From a virus, in the IMG/VR virus record IMGVR_UViG_3300004883_000001, positions 1-50,469 of that record: DNA of 50,469 nt; one strand, written 5' to 3'. Under the pieces are notes generated by a model. The model made no database searches and had not been told where the DNA came from. It saw only the letters and a list, made by a program, of their open reading frames with translations. The first letter of the stretch is position 1; each line of letters begins with the position of its first letter. This document shows positions 40,430 through 49,165 of this stretch, piece by piece. The translations under genes were made by a program, and so were the position numbers.

Positions 40430-40945
40430 TTAGAAGTTTAGGATGGCGTTGATGTCGCCTACAGGGTCGTAAGTACTCTCGTCGCCGATAGCAGCAGTGT
40501 TAGCTGAGATGGCTGTAGAATTAGTGTTTACGTCGTCCGTAGAAGCGGCGTCGATGTTCGACCGAGCCTGTGTCTTTTGAGCTTCTGTGAGAGTCTGCGG
40601 TGCGTTTGCAGAGACGAGACCCATATCAGCAGCTTGCAGGGCAGCGATAGCATCAGCAAGGTCTGATAGGTCTTCGCCTTCGAGAGCAGCAGCGATTTGA
40701 CCAGCAATCTCTGTGGCCGTCTTATCGCTTGACCAAACGCTAGTAGTGCTTGTGCCTGTGTCGTCGATAGAGACGTTACCAGCAGCAGCGCTGTCAGCTA
40801 CGGCTTTAACTTCGTTGATGGCCTCAACAAGAGTGGCCTTCGCAGCCGTCGACAGCGTAGCTAAATCACCGTGCTCGTCGTGTAGTTCCACCAGCTTCGT
40901 AGCTAAAAGCTCAAATGCTAATGTATTTTTGGCAGTTAATGACAT
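40430..40945 (-). CDS. Fibre-like protein
   Basis: 171 aa. LSTAAKATLVEAINEV, SIDDTGTSTTSVWSS and LTEAQKTQARSNIDA are motifs recurrent in phage fibre shafts. Confidence 0.5.
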   Translation of the reverse strand: MSLTAKNTLAFELLATKLVELHDEHGDLATLSTAAKATLVEAINEVKAVADSAAAGNVSIDDTGTSTTSVWSSDKTATEIAGQIAAALEGEDLSDLADAIAALQAADMGLVSANAPQTLTEAQKTQARSNIDAASTDDVNTNSTAISANTAAIGDESTYDPVGDINAILNF

Positions 40946-40957
40946 GTTGGAATTCCT

Positions 40958-41248
40958 TTAAAATGTCAAAATTGAAAGAACTATAGCGTGGTTGTCGTTA
41001 TCGTCACCGTTGTCACCTAGTTCTGTGTTAGCGTACACCACGTCAAAACTCGCGTCCAAGATGTGAAACACCACGGAGTAGTTGTCTTGAGATGGGTCGA
41101 TAGAGACCTGACCCCCAACCTGTGAGATGAACTCAGAGGATTGGAGGAGGTCGATAAGGTCACTTTCATCGAAAGCGCCTTGGCTGTAAGACGCAGGGCC
41201 ACGGAATCTAGCTCCGTTGAACGTGCGTCTCTTAAAGAGAGCTGGCAT
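40958..41248 (-). CDS. Hypothetical protein
   Basis: Track ORF 40958..41335. The internal ATG 41248 forms a TAATG overlap with the upstream stop. 96 aa, acidic C-terminal half, no TM segment or lipobox. Confidence 0.5.
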   Translation of the reverse strand: MPALFKRRTFNGARFRGPASYSQGAFDESDLIDLLQSSEFISQVGGQVSIDPSQDNYSVVFHILDASFDVVYANTELGDNGDDNDNHAIVLSILTF

Positions 41249-41832
41249 TAGAACGCCCCGCCAGCAGCCCTTAAGTTGTTGCCGTTCTCGATATTCTGAA
41301 CGACGCGTTTGATGGACCTGTCTCCGAACCACCATGTTACAGACATCTCTGTGAGTCCGTAGATGGTTGCTAGAGCGGCATTGTCCTTGATTAAGTCATA
41401 GAGGTTTTTGTCTACGTCGATGCCGAGGGCTTTAGCGTCTGTGACAGTGCCTAGTCCTTGAACAGAAGCATAGATGGTGATGCCGATTAAAGCGGAGGTC
41501 AAAACAGGCCTGAACAACGAGATAGCATCCTTGACCCATGTAGACGCTTCTACAGTGGTTTTGGTCTGCTGGTCTGTGGTTTGCTTGAGACCCTCCCAAG
41601 AGCCTTTAATTTCCGTTAGGAAAGCTTCTTGTTCCGTCTCTGCAACCTTAGCTTGGCTTTGCAGCTTAAGCATCTCCCCTTCATGTGCCCAAAGCCGGGC
41701 CTCATGGGTTCTAGCCTTATCACGGTCAGCGAGTTCTAATGCCAGTGTCTTGCGGTCTTCCTTACGGTTGAGCCAGCCAAACACGTTGGTACTTACTGAG
41801 CCGAATAGGCCAATGATTGCACCTATAGCCAT
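41248..41832 (-). CDS. Holin-like protein of the 3-TM 'GTA holin' type
   Basis: 194 aa with a short hydrophobic N-terminus, a charged helix (KEDRKTLALELADRDKARTHEARLW...) and hydrophobic segments (FRPVLTSALIGITIYA). This architecture matches what I recall for the Holin-of-3TMs family. Confidence 0.5.
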   Translation of the reverse strand: MAIGAIIGLFGSVSTNVFGWLNRKEDRKTLALELADRDKARTHEARLWAHEGEMLKLQSQAKVAETEQEAFLTEIKGSWEGLKQTTDQQTKTTVEASTWVKDAISLFRPVLTSALIGITIYASVQGLGTVTDAKALGIDVDKNLYDLIKDNAALATIYGLTEMSVTWWFGDRSIKRVVQNIENGNNLRAAGGAF

Positions 41833-42227
41833 TGTGGGTTCCTTTTCTCTATCCTAGGCCAGCTCCTAAGCCTTCCTAGGTCTACATGCAAGAAAGTGTT
41901 GTAAAATCCATAGCCTCGGAAGCCTGCCTCTATGGCGGCCTTTAAAACCTTTTTAGGGTCCTTTCCTCGTATGGAGATGTCTACCGCCAACTTCTTATGT
42001 TGGGACAGCGGTGCGCCACCTACTCTTGCATTATGTAGACGACATCTGTGAGCGCTGTTAAGTCTGACAGGCTCTCCTAAGAGTGTCCTGACATGTTGCA
42101 GACGGTCAAGGAACTCAGGCCAGTGGTAGTACTCTCCACAGTGGGAGCAACTAAGCTCCTCTGCTTTGAAGTTAGGCCATCGCTCCTTGTCCCAGTCTTT
42201 AAAGTCTGAGAAGTGACGATAAATCAT
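41823..42227 (-). CDS. Endolysin, peptidase M15 (zinc D-Ala-D-Ala / L-Ala-D-Glu peptidase type)
   Basis: NSAHRCRLHNARVGGAPLSQHKKLAVDI ... FYNTFLHVD (H-x6-D ... H). Track start is 42278; ATG 42227 lies 10 nt after the upstream stop. Confidence 0.8.
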   Translation of the reverse strand: MIYRHFSDFKDWDKERWPNFKAEELSCSHCGEYYHWPEFLDRLQHVRTLLGEPVRLNSAHRCRLHNARVGGAPLSQHKKLAVDISIRGKDPKKVLKAAIEAGFRGYGFYNTFLHVDLGRLRSWPRIEKRNPQWL

Positions 42228-42237
42228 CTGAGTAGAC

Positions 42238-42435
42238 CTACAGGCCCCACTCTTTCTCTTTTTGCATCTGCTCGTCACGAGTCAGAACACGGACGGCATC
42301 GCCATACTGTTTTGCCATATGTTTAGGCAAGAGTACGTAGTCAGGCTCAGCGCCAGGGTGGTCAGAGTTGTTGCTATATGTTCGCCCTTCGAACTGTAGC
42401 TTGAATGTTTTTACTTCGCAAAGAACTGTGTACAT
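42238..42435 (-). CDS. Hypothetical protein in the lysis cassette
   Basis: 65 aa. Its start abuts the upstream stop (shared base at 42435). Confidence 0.5.
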   Translation of the reverse strand: MYTVLCEVKTFKLQFEGRTYSNNSDHPGAEPDYVLLPKHMAKQYGDAVRVLTRDEQMQKEKEWGL

Positions 42436-42635
42436 TATTTATCCTCTTCAAGGTCTTCGATTTCTAATCTAGTCTTCTTTATAACAAAGAATAGGTGGAT
42501 AACACCTAATATGGTAAGCATGAGACCCGCAGCTTTAATTGTCAAGTCCATACCTTGGTCTACAGAGATTTGTAGGGTGCCGAAAAGTATGTAAATGAAA
42601 CTAAGAGTAGCTGCGGGTATTTGGTCTAAAGTCAT
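42435..42635 (-). CDS. Class-II-like holin candidate (2 TM, charged C-terminus)
   Basis: 66 aa: MTLDQIPAATLSFIYILFGTLQISVDQGMDLTIKAAGLMLTILGVIHLFFVIKKTRLEIEDLEEDK. Confidence 0.55.
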   Translation of the reverse strand: MTLDQIPAATLSFIYILFGTLQISVDQGMDLTIKAAGLMLTILGVIHLFFVIKKTRLEIEDLEEDK

Positions 42636-42721
42636 TGGGTTTCAAGAAGTTTCTGTATTAAGTGTTAGTCGGTTGTAATATGTAAATGATTAGGAGTAGT
42701 ATGATTGTGTGTATCTATATA

Positions 42722-44314
42722 TTAAGCCTTTTGCCCGTACACGGACCAATTAAAAGAAGCTGCTGTATTACCTGACCTAAACAATTCTAGAGTTGTCCCA
42801 GTGCTAGCGTTTATTCGAGGTTGAATATGCCTCTCAACACTTTCTTTAGTGGTAATGTGAACTTCACACTCCGATATATTCAACACTTCCACTGGAAGAC
42901 TTACACTGTCCACGTTCGCAGCGGCACCCCACATACGTACAAATCCGTCTCCATCATCTTTTATATGGACGTCACCTATTTTTTCATAGGTATTGTTGGG
43001 TTGTACCACCACACTGGTCGAAGGCTTCTGCTCAATCTCAACAAAAGCGCGGGTTATGTCAACTCCCGACGTCCCTCCCGTGGTTACCCGTAGAGACACT
43101 TCCACTGGTCCTTCTGATGCGTCTACGATAGCCGTGGAACTGGGGTTGTAATATTCGGGCTGGCTGTGCCCGCCTGACGCAAACACCCTGAACTGTGCCT
43201 CTTGGTTTTGACTGACAACTGCTCCATCTGAGAACCATTCAACTTCCCATGCCCCTACAGGGGAGCCATCAAAGTCAAAACCGATAATCGCTTTCAAACT
43301 GTAAGGAATATCGCTCTGCGGTAGTGTGAACACATCTCCTGTAGGGTTAAGAGTAATTCCTCCGCTTAAGGACGTAAAAGTGTCCATGACAAGGTCCGTA
43401 CCCGAAGACGGGGACTCTATTTGTGTCGTCATATTTGCAACAGAGCTATTTAATAGGTCTGATGGAGAATTCGAGCCTGTCGACGTAGGGTCAACGTAAT
43501 CATCCATGATGAAGTACCACTGCATAGCGTAGTTAGCTGGACGGGTTTCACCTGCACTTGTGTCTATACTTCTTACTGTGTTGCCGCCGCCTCCATTGAC
43601 CTGTGTGCTGACTGGGTTATTTGGGCTCCTTGCTTGGGCATGGTTTTGGAAGGTTTCAAACCCCGAAGCCCTACCTCCAAGGTTACGTGAGAAAGCTCCT
43701 TCTAACGTGGAAGGAAACACTAGGTCAGGACCGTTTACCAGTGACGGCCAAAGCTCGGCAAACCTAGGGTTATCTGCTGCACCATTTACAATCGTGCGTT
43801 CATATATTTCTTTAACCCCTTTAATCTCATTCTCAAGATTAGGAGGCCCTTCCAGTTTAAAACCAATAAGAGGGGAAGAACCTTCTGCACGTCTTCTAAA
43901 CTCTATCCGAGTAATCTCGTAACCGAATACTCCAGACTGACTTTCAGCTTTGAAGTTGATGCTGCCAGAAGCAAGCTCTGCCTGTGTAGTTATATCTACA
44001 GCTAAGAACTGGTTATCGAAATGACTGATAAGCATTCCCTGAGCTATTCCTAACTCTATATCTTTAATCCTTACACGTCTGACAGGGCAAGGCCATAAGT
44101 CAGCCCCGCTAGCGTCGACATTCCTTGTAAAGCTTATGAGAATATGGTCAACATCTTCTATGAGATTTAACCCAGTTTCAAGGGTCTTAGTCTCATTGTC
44201 TGACATAATAAGACCATCGTCCCAAGCAGGTGCCGCGTCAACGGTCACCCCTTCATGGATGGAAGTATAGACCCCTCTGAATACAGAAGGGTTGGAGTTT
44301 GTAATAGTAGTCAT
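42722..44314 (-). CDS. Tail fibre protein with a tail-collar-like segment
   Basis: 530 aa. GAFSRNLGGRASGFETFQNHAQ...GGGGNTVRS...GETRPANYAMQWYFIM resembles the phage tail-collar domain ending. Confidence 0.55.
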   Translation of the reverse strand: MTTITNSNPSVFRGVYTSIHEGVTVDAAPAWDDGLIMSDNETKTLETGLNLIEDVDHILISFTRNVDASGADLWPCPVRRVRIKDIELGIAQGMLISHFDNQFLAVDITTQAELASGSINFKAESQSGVFGYEITRIEFRRRAEGSSPLIGFKLEGPPNLENEIKGVKEIYERTIVNGAADNPRFAELWPSLVNGPDLVFPSTLEGAFSRNLGGRASGFETFQNHAQARSPNNPVSTQVNGGGGNTVRSIDTSAGETRPANYAMQWYFIMDDYVDPTSTGSNSPSDLLNSSVANMTTQIESPSSGTDLVMDTFTSLSGGITLNPTGDVFTLPQSDIPYSLKAIIGFDFDGSPVGAWEVEWFSDGAVVSQNQEAQFRVFASGGHSQPEYYNPSSTAIVDASEGPVEVSLRVTTGGTSGVDITRAFVEIEQKPSTSVVVQPNNTYEKIGDVHIKDDGDGFVRMWGAAANVDSVSLPVEVLNISECEVHITTKESVERHIQPRINASTGTTLELFRSGNTAASFNWSVYGQKA

Positions 44315-44322
44315 TTATTTTC

Positions 44323-46920
44323 CTATTGGATGAGGGTTCCAGACGGGTCGATAACACGAGCGCCTGTGTCTACTGTGATGGTTGGATTGCCGTTTGCGTT
44401 AGTGATATCAGCGTTGCTCAGTGTGTCAGCTTGCAAGTCTCCCGTGAAGGTGGCTCCACGTGCAATCATCTTACCGATAGAACGTAGTTTAATTTCCCCT
44501 ACAGTTCCTCCTGAGATGTTTACAGTACCGCCTCCAGAGGCTACGACGTCACCTTGATTGTTATTACCTATAAGGTTGTTGCCTGTGGACTCAGCATTGT
44601 CCCCTGTGAAGCGTCCACCACGGTCACATAGGATACCAGAGAACTGGTTGTCAGTGATTACGACCCCGTTAGCGAGAACATCAGCCATACTAATGTCAAC
44701 ACCGTGAGTACCGTTGAGAAGGATTTCACTGTCAGAGATTTGCAGGGAAGCGCTTCCGAGAGTTGCAGCGCCTTGAGCAAGACCGCCGACTAGAGTAGCG
44801 TCACTGGCCACACAGCCAGCACCACCTTCGGTTTCCAGTAAGCTAGCCCCTCCGCCAGTACATACCATACCCTTAACGTTACCTTCCCCTCCGTTGCCAA
44901 TTTGGAAGCTGCGCCAGCCACAATTACTGATAACTAAATCAATACCACGACACTTGCCGCCTTTACCTTGGACCCCGTTGTTAGGCCACCCGATGATTGC
45001 GACAGCCTCAAGCTGTACCCAACAGTCGTTGACTTGAGTTGTCTCTGTGTTACCTGTGACGTGTGTGTTAGCTTGTTGTCCGACAAGGATACCGTCGTTA
45101 GGCCCGTCAGAGGGGCTGTCTACGCGTGGGTCATAGTATCCTCGGACTACCATGTTCCTAAACATGCCTGTAGAGTTTGAGAACGCGATGCCACGGCCTT
45201 CTGTCCACGTTAGGACAGTCGTCAGCAGACGATAGCGGCCCGTGATAGATGTCTGGACGGGCAGGACTGCATCCTTATAAGGGACACGTACCGTTACCTT
45301 GTCAGGGGTAGCAGGGTTGTATGCTAGGATTTCACAAACGCCTTGGTAACACTGATGAAGATGTGGACCAGTTGTGACAGTGATGGTAAGGTAAGCCCCT
45401 ACTGCCATTTGCCCGGGAGGGTCCTGGATAGTAAGCTCAACCTCATGGTCGAAAGGTCCGACAGAGTTGATGATTTGTGTTGCGGTGATGTCTCGTTTTG
45501 AGAAGCTACGTCCACCGATTATACAGTTCAAGAGATACGGATGGTCGAGGTCCATGAAGTTAGCTCCACGGTTGAAGTCCTGACCTTCTAGTACTATCTC
45601 TGAGCCTGGGGTTAGGAACCACACGCGGTTGATGTTGTCGAGGAATGCTTCACTCTCCACAGCGTTAAGAGCGTCTGAGAAGATTCCCTCTACGGCGACA
45701 GGAACTGTGCTAGGGGAGTCCTCTAAGGCCTGTCTCAACTGAGACCCTGTTAGGTTTCCACGAGCATTCAAGTAGTAAATATCGTTGAAGACGTATCGGA
45801 GGTTAACTGACCCTGCTGTATTGATAGTACGGTTGGCTGCTGTGTCTTCTACGTATAGATAGTTACCTGCACGCCAGAAGTTTCCAACACCCTTACGGGT
45901 CGAAGTGGACGCCATCAAGTCTGCTACAGTCTCATAGGTCTCTACAATAGGGAGAGGGTAGACGCCTGATACAGCCGTGTTAGGCCAGTTGGCAGGGATG
46001 ACCCAATCAGCTCCAGTGTCGTTACGGTATGTGATTCCATCACGGAAGAAGTAAGCCCCATCCGCAACAGTATCTCCCGCCTCAGGCAGGGAAGCTGCTT
46101 CGACAGGTTTAACCAGTTCAGGACGTACAGCGTCAGCTACGCTGGCAGTAGCGGCGGAAGAGGCAGCTATTTCTGTTGCAATCTCCTCAGCAGTACGTGG
46201 AGTGTCTGCTGAGCCGAGTGTCAAGGTTCCCTGCGAGTAGAGACGAACGTCATTGCCCTCGGACACTAGGATATAGACACCAGCATCTCCAGGGAAAGAT
46301 GGGAGGATATTTCCTTCGGGGTCTAAGATGTCCCCGTTGATGTTATTAAGAGTCACTGAACCTGCGGATACAGTGTCGAGAACACGGAACCAAGCCCACG
46401 TACCTGCATCAAGGTCGAAACGAGCGGTCTCACCGTTGTCGATAGACACGTAAGAGTTTGCAGGGTAGTTAGTGGTGCCGTCTGTATTAACCCACTCTAC
46501 AGAGGAGCCGAGAGACATGGCAACCCAGTTACCCGCTTCTACTTTAAAAATGGTGTCGCTTGAAGTGTCCACACCTAGCTTAGCGCCAGCAGGGGCAGCA
46601 CCCACAAGAGGGGTAGCAGAGACAACGATTTCTCTATCTTCGCCAGGCTCCAGTGTAGTACCTAAAGACCACGTACCGTTGTACTCCCACACCTCGACCT
46701 TGCCGTCATCAAGTACGACCAAAGCTGTTGAAGGGTTGGGCGGAGTAGGGTACTCAACAGAGGTAGGAGCTACATTAGTTACAGTGTTGTCTCGTGAGAT
46801 AGTCCTGTCAGAGGTTGTCTGAACAATTTGTTCGGCCACTTGAGCTTGGGTCTGGCCACTGGTAGAAGTGCCTTGACCGAAACCCCATAGGCGGGGATGG
46901 GAGTCAGTATATACAAACAT
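44323..46920 (-). CDS. Large tailspike/fibre-like receptor-binding protein (beta-helix-like C-terminal half)
   Basis: 865 aa. The C-terminal third is rich in Gly/Asn/Thr/Val short repeats (GNNLIGNNNQGDVVASGGGTVNISGGTVGEI...). Located after the core proteins. Confidence 0.5.
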   Translation of the reverse strand: MFVYTDSHPRLWGFGQGTSTSGQTQAQVAEQIVQTTSDRTISRDNTVTNVAPTSVEYPTPPNPSTALVVLDDGKVEVWEYNGTWSLGTTLEPGEDREIVVSATPLVGAAPAGAKLGVDTSSDTIFKVEAGNWVAMSLGSSVEWVNTDGTTNYPANSYVSIDNGETARFDLDAGTWAWFRVLDTVSAGSVTLNNINGDILDPEGNILPSFPGDAGVYILVSEGNDVRLYSQGTLTLGSADTPRTAEEIATEIAASSAATASVADAVRPELVKPVEAASLPEAGDTVADGAYFFRDGITYRNDTGADWVIPANWPNTAVSGVYPLPIVETYETVADLMASTSTRKGVGNFWRAGNYLYVEDTAANRTINTAGSVNLRYVFNDIYYLNARGNLTGSQLRQALEDSPSTVPVAVEGIFSDALNAVESEAFLDNINRVWFLTPGSEIVLEGQDFNRGANFMDLDHPYLLNCIIGGRSFSKRDITATQIINSVGPFDHEVELTIQDPPGQMAVGAYLTITVTTGPHLHQCYQGVCEILAYNPATPDKVTVRVPYKDAVLPVQTSITGRYRLLTTVLTWTEGRGIAFSNSTGMFRNMVVRGYYDPRVDSPSDGPNDGILVGQQANTHVTGNTETTQVNDCWVQLEAVAIIGWPNNGVQGKGGKCRGIDLVISNCGWRSFQIGNGGEGNVKGMVCTGGGASLLETEGGAGCVASDATLVGGLAQGAATLGSASLQISDSEILLNGTHGVDISMADVLANGVVITDNQFSGILCDRGGRFTGDNAESTGNNLIGNNNQGDVVASGGGTVNISGGTVGEIKLRSIGKMIARGATFTGDLQADTLSNADITNANGNPTITVDTGARVIDPSGTLIQ

Positions 46921-46931
46921 GAGTGTTCCTG

Positions 46932-47102
46932 TTAGGGGTTGTTTACGATGGCGTAGGTGTTGGTGGATAAGGCGTAATAGAGGTTGACCTTATCGTCCTC
47001 GGTTACGAAGTAGATTCGGTCCTTGACAAGTCGGTCTTGAGCCCAAAGGCGGGCAAAGACTTCCCCTGTGATGGGTGTGTGTAGTCTAGTACAGTCAGAC
47101 AT
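46932..47102 (-). CDS. Hypothetical 56-aa protein
   Basis: TAATG overlap with the upstream stop. Sequence: MSDCTRLHTPITGEVFARLWAQDRLVKDRIYFVTEDDKVNLYYALSTNTYAIVNNP. It ends 11 nt before the tailspike ATG. Below the track threshold. Confidence 0.5.
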   Translation of the reverse strand: MSDCTRLHTPITGEVFARLWAQDRLVKDRIYFVTEDDKVNLYYALSTNTYAIVNNP

Positions 47103-49162
47103 TATTCATTCTCCTCCTTCTTAGGCTCTTCTTCCTCTTCCACAGGCGGTAGTATCTTAGGTTGAGGTTGGACTGAGATGTCCTGTAATGCAGCAGGGTC
47201 GTTAACGAATTGACCAAGCTTGCTAAAGTCCCCTGTGGCAAACGCTTTACGGTATTCAAACTCAGGGAGGTTGGCTGCAATAGACTTGTCGTGGTCACGT
47301 GTACGCACTAAGAAGTCTAGTGCAGTGTTAAGGGTTTCTGCTCTTTCCACTCCTTCGGTTTCAGGCGGGGTGTCCGCTATATTGTCAGGTAAATCTGGTA
47401 GGAAAGGGGCCCCTGTACGTCTGAGAGTATCTAATCTCTTTTGAGCCCGCTCTACGCTAAACACTGCTTCGAACCTGCCTGTGGAGGAGCTAAACCTGAC
47501 CCACGTACTGTCTTCGAGCCTGTTTCTAGAATTAGTGTCAATAGACCGTAAAGTCTTATCTGCCATCTTACGGGTTGTAGTCATAGCCAAACCAGCTTCA
47601 ACTTTAGTCTCAGGGTTGTTCATAGACACCTCTAAGGCTTGTGCAACCTCAGGGGCGAACAGTAAACCTGAACCTGCCTTCATGTCTTTAAACGTGTCTT
47701 GTGTCTCGGACACTAGCTTATTGTACATAGGAAGCATAGCTGTGTGGGCCTGAATGAACTCAGGGGCTGTAACCTCTACGGGCAGGGCTGCATTACCTGA
47801 CAAAAGAGACCTGACGGATTGGCCGTGGGCGTAAGCGTTAAACTTAATCTTACCTTTAGACTCTTTCACAGTAAGTGCAGGGGAGTCTACAGGGATGGAG
47901 GGGTCGGTAACAGTCTTATAGTATGAAGAAGCCTCTGTGACGATACCTGAGACTAGGTCACCAAGACCTTTAGTTAACTCTGCGTCTCCCGCCAACGTGA
48001 TGCCGATACCTTGCATTACAGGCTCACTGACACTCCGAGGCAGCACTTCCATCTCCAGTAAAGCAGGGTTTGCTTCAAACATCCCAATCTTAGCGTTGGT
48101 CATTAAATTCTTAAGGCGAGTAGCTTCACGTTTACCGTGGGACAAGTCACCTGTGGACATCTTAGATATGAAATCAACCTGACGGTCAATCTGTTTATCA
48201 ATCTGAGACATGATGTCTTTATCGTAGCCTGCGAGTTCGTGGAGGTTGAACCTCTCCTGCTCTAGGTTAGCCAACACTTGTGGGGCTTGCGCCTGTAGCT
48301 GAGAGAACTCCTCAGGTGTGTTGACCTGTGTGATACGATTGATGAACCCGTTGGTTACAGCTCCGCTAAGCTGGCGTGTAGCAGACAAAGCACTTCTACC
48401 TAGCTCACGGTCAATGGACTTCAACTCAGCTTCTCTTTCGTCGAGCTTTAAACGTCGGTTGTCATTGATAAGCTGTTGCTGCTCTTTCAACTGTTTTACA
48501 TGAGCTTCCGTGGCGCTCACTGTCTGTCCGATAGAAACTGCTTGGTGTTCAGGTGTGCTGTCGTCAGCTAGTCCACGGTCATAGGCTAACTTAATAGCAC
48601 TTGTACGGGCAGCCTCTCGGGCCTCACGCTCATTCTCATGGGCACTCTTCTGGTCCAAGAGGTCACCGATGACTAAGTGGCTGAGGCCAGCCTTCTTGAA
48701 GCCCTCGTTAAGCTCAGCAGACATGTCAGGGAACTCAGTAAGAAGGCTTGTGACAGACTTCTCAGTTTCCAGACGAAGAGAGGTTGACGGTAACGCACCC
48801 TGCTTGATAGCAGACTGAGTCTTGGACAACCCTCTCAGAGAGGTAGCTAGACTATCTTGGAAGTTGTCCGACCTGTCCTTGCTGATTCTATCGTCTTGAC
48901 GTTGAGCGAACTCAACCTCTTGACGTTCAGCACTACGGATGGCGCGTTGCTCACCACGCTGAGCCCGCTCTTCACGGACTTGAGCGGAGGCGGCGGCCTT
49001 ATCAGCTTTCTTCTTATCACTGATTGCACCTGCAACTCCCACAGCAGCGTCAAAGATACTGGTAGCACCGTTGATAGCCTCTAAGGTGGGGTCAATAAGC
49101 GGTCCTGTGTCTGTTACCCGTTTATTAGGGCCAGTAGGAGTGTTTAGAGTAGGGTTAAACAA
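47102..49162 (-). CDS. Internal virion (core/ejection) protein, coiled-coil rich
   Basis: 686 aa with long Glu/Lys/Gln/Ala helical stretches, located directly after the giant core ORF. Confidence 0.55.
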   Translation of the reverse strand: MFNPTLNTPTGPNKRVTDTGPLIDPTLEAINGATSIFDAAVGVAGAISDKKKADKAAASAQVREERAQRGEQRAIRSAERQEVEFAQRQDDRISKDRSDNFQDSLATSLRGLSKTQSAIKQGALPSTSLRLETEKSVTSLLTEFPDMSAELNEGFKKAGLSHLVIGDLLDQKSAHENEREAREAARTSAIKLAYDRGLADDSTPEHQAVSIGQTVSATEAHVKQLKEQQQLINDNRRLKLDEREAELKSIDRELGRSALSATRQLSGAVTNGFINRITQVNTPEEFSQLQAQAPQVLANLEQERFNLHELAGYDKDIMSQIDKQIDRQVDFISKMSTGDLSHGKREATRLKNLMTNAKIGMFEANPALLEMEVLPRSVSEPVMQGIGITLAGDAELTKGLGDLVSGIVTEASSYYKTVTDPSIPVDSPALTVKESKGKIKFNAYAHGQSVRSLLSGNAALPVEVTAPEFIQAHTAMLPMYNKLVSETQDTFKDMKAGSGLLFAPEVAQALEVSMNNPETKVEAGLAMTTTRKMADKTLRSIDTNSRNRLEDSTWVRFSSSTGRFEAVFSVERAQKRLDTLRRTGAPFLPDLPDNIADTPPETEGVERAETLNTALDFLVRTRDHDKSIAANLPEFEYRKAFATGDFSKLGQFVNDPAALQDISVQPQPKILPPVEEEEEPKKEENE

Positions 49163-49165
49163 GTT

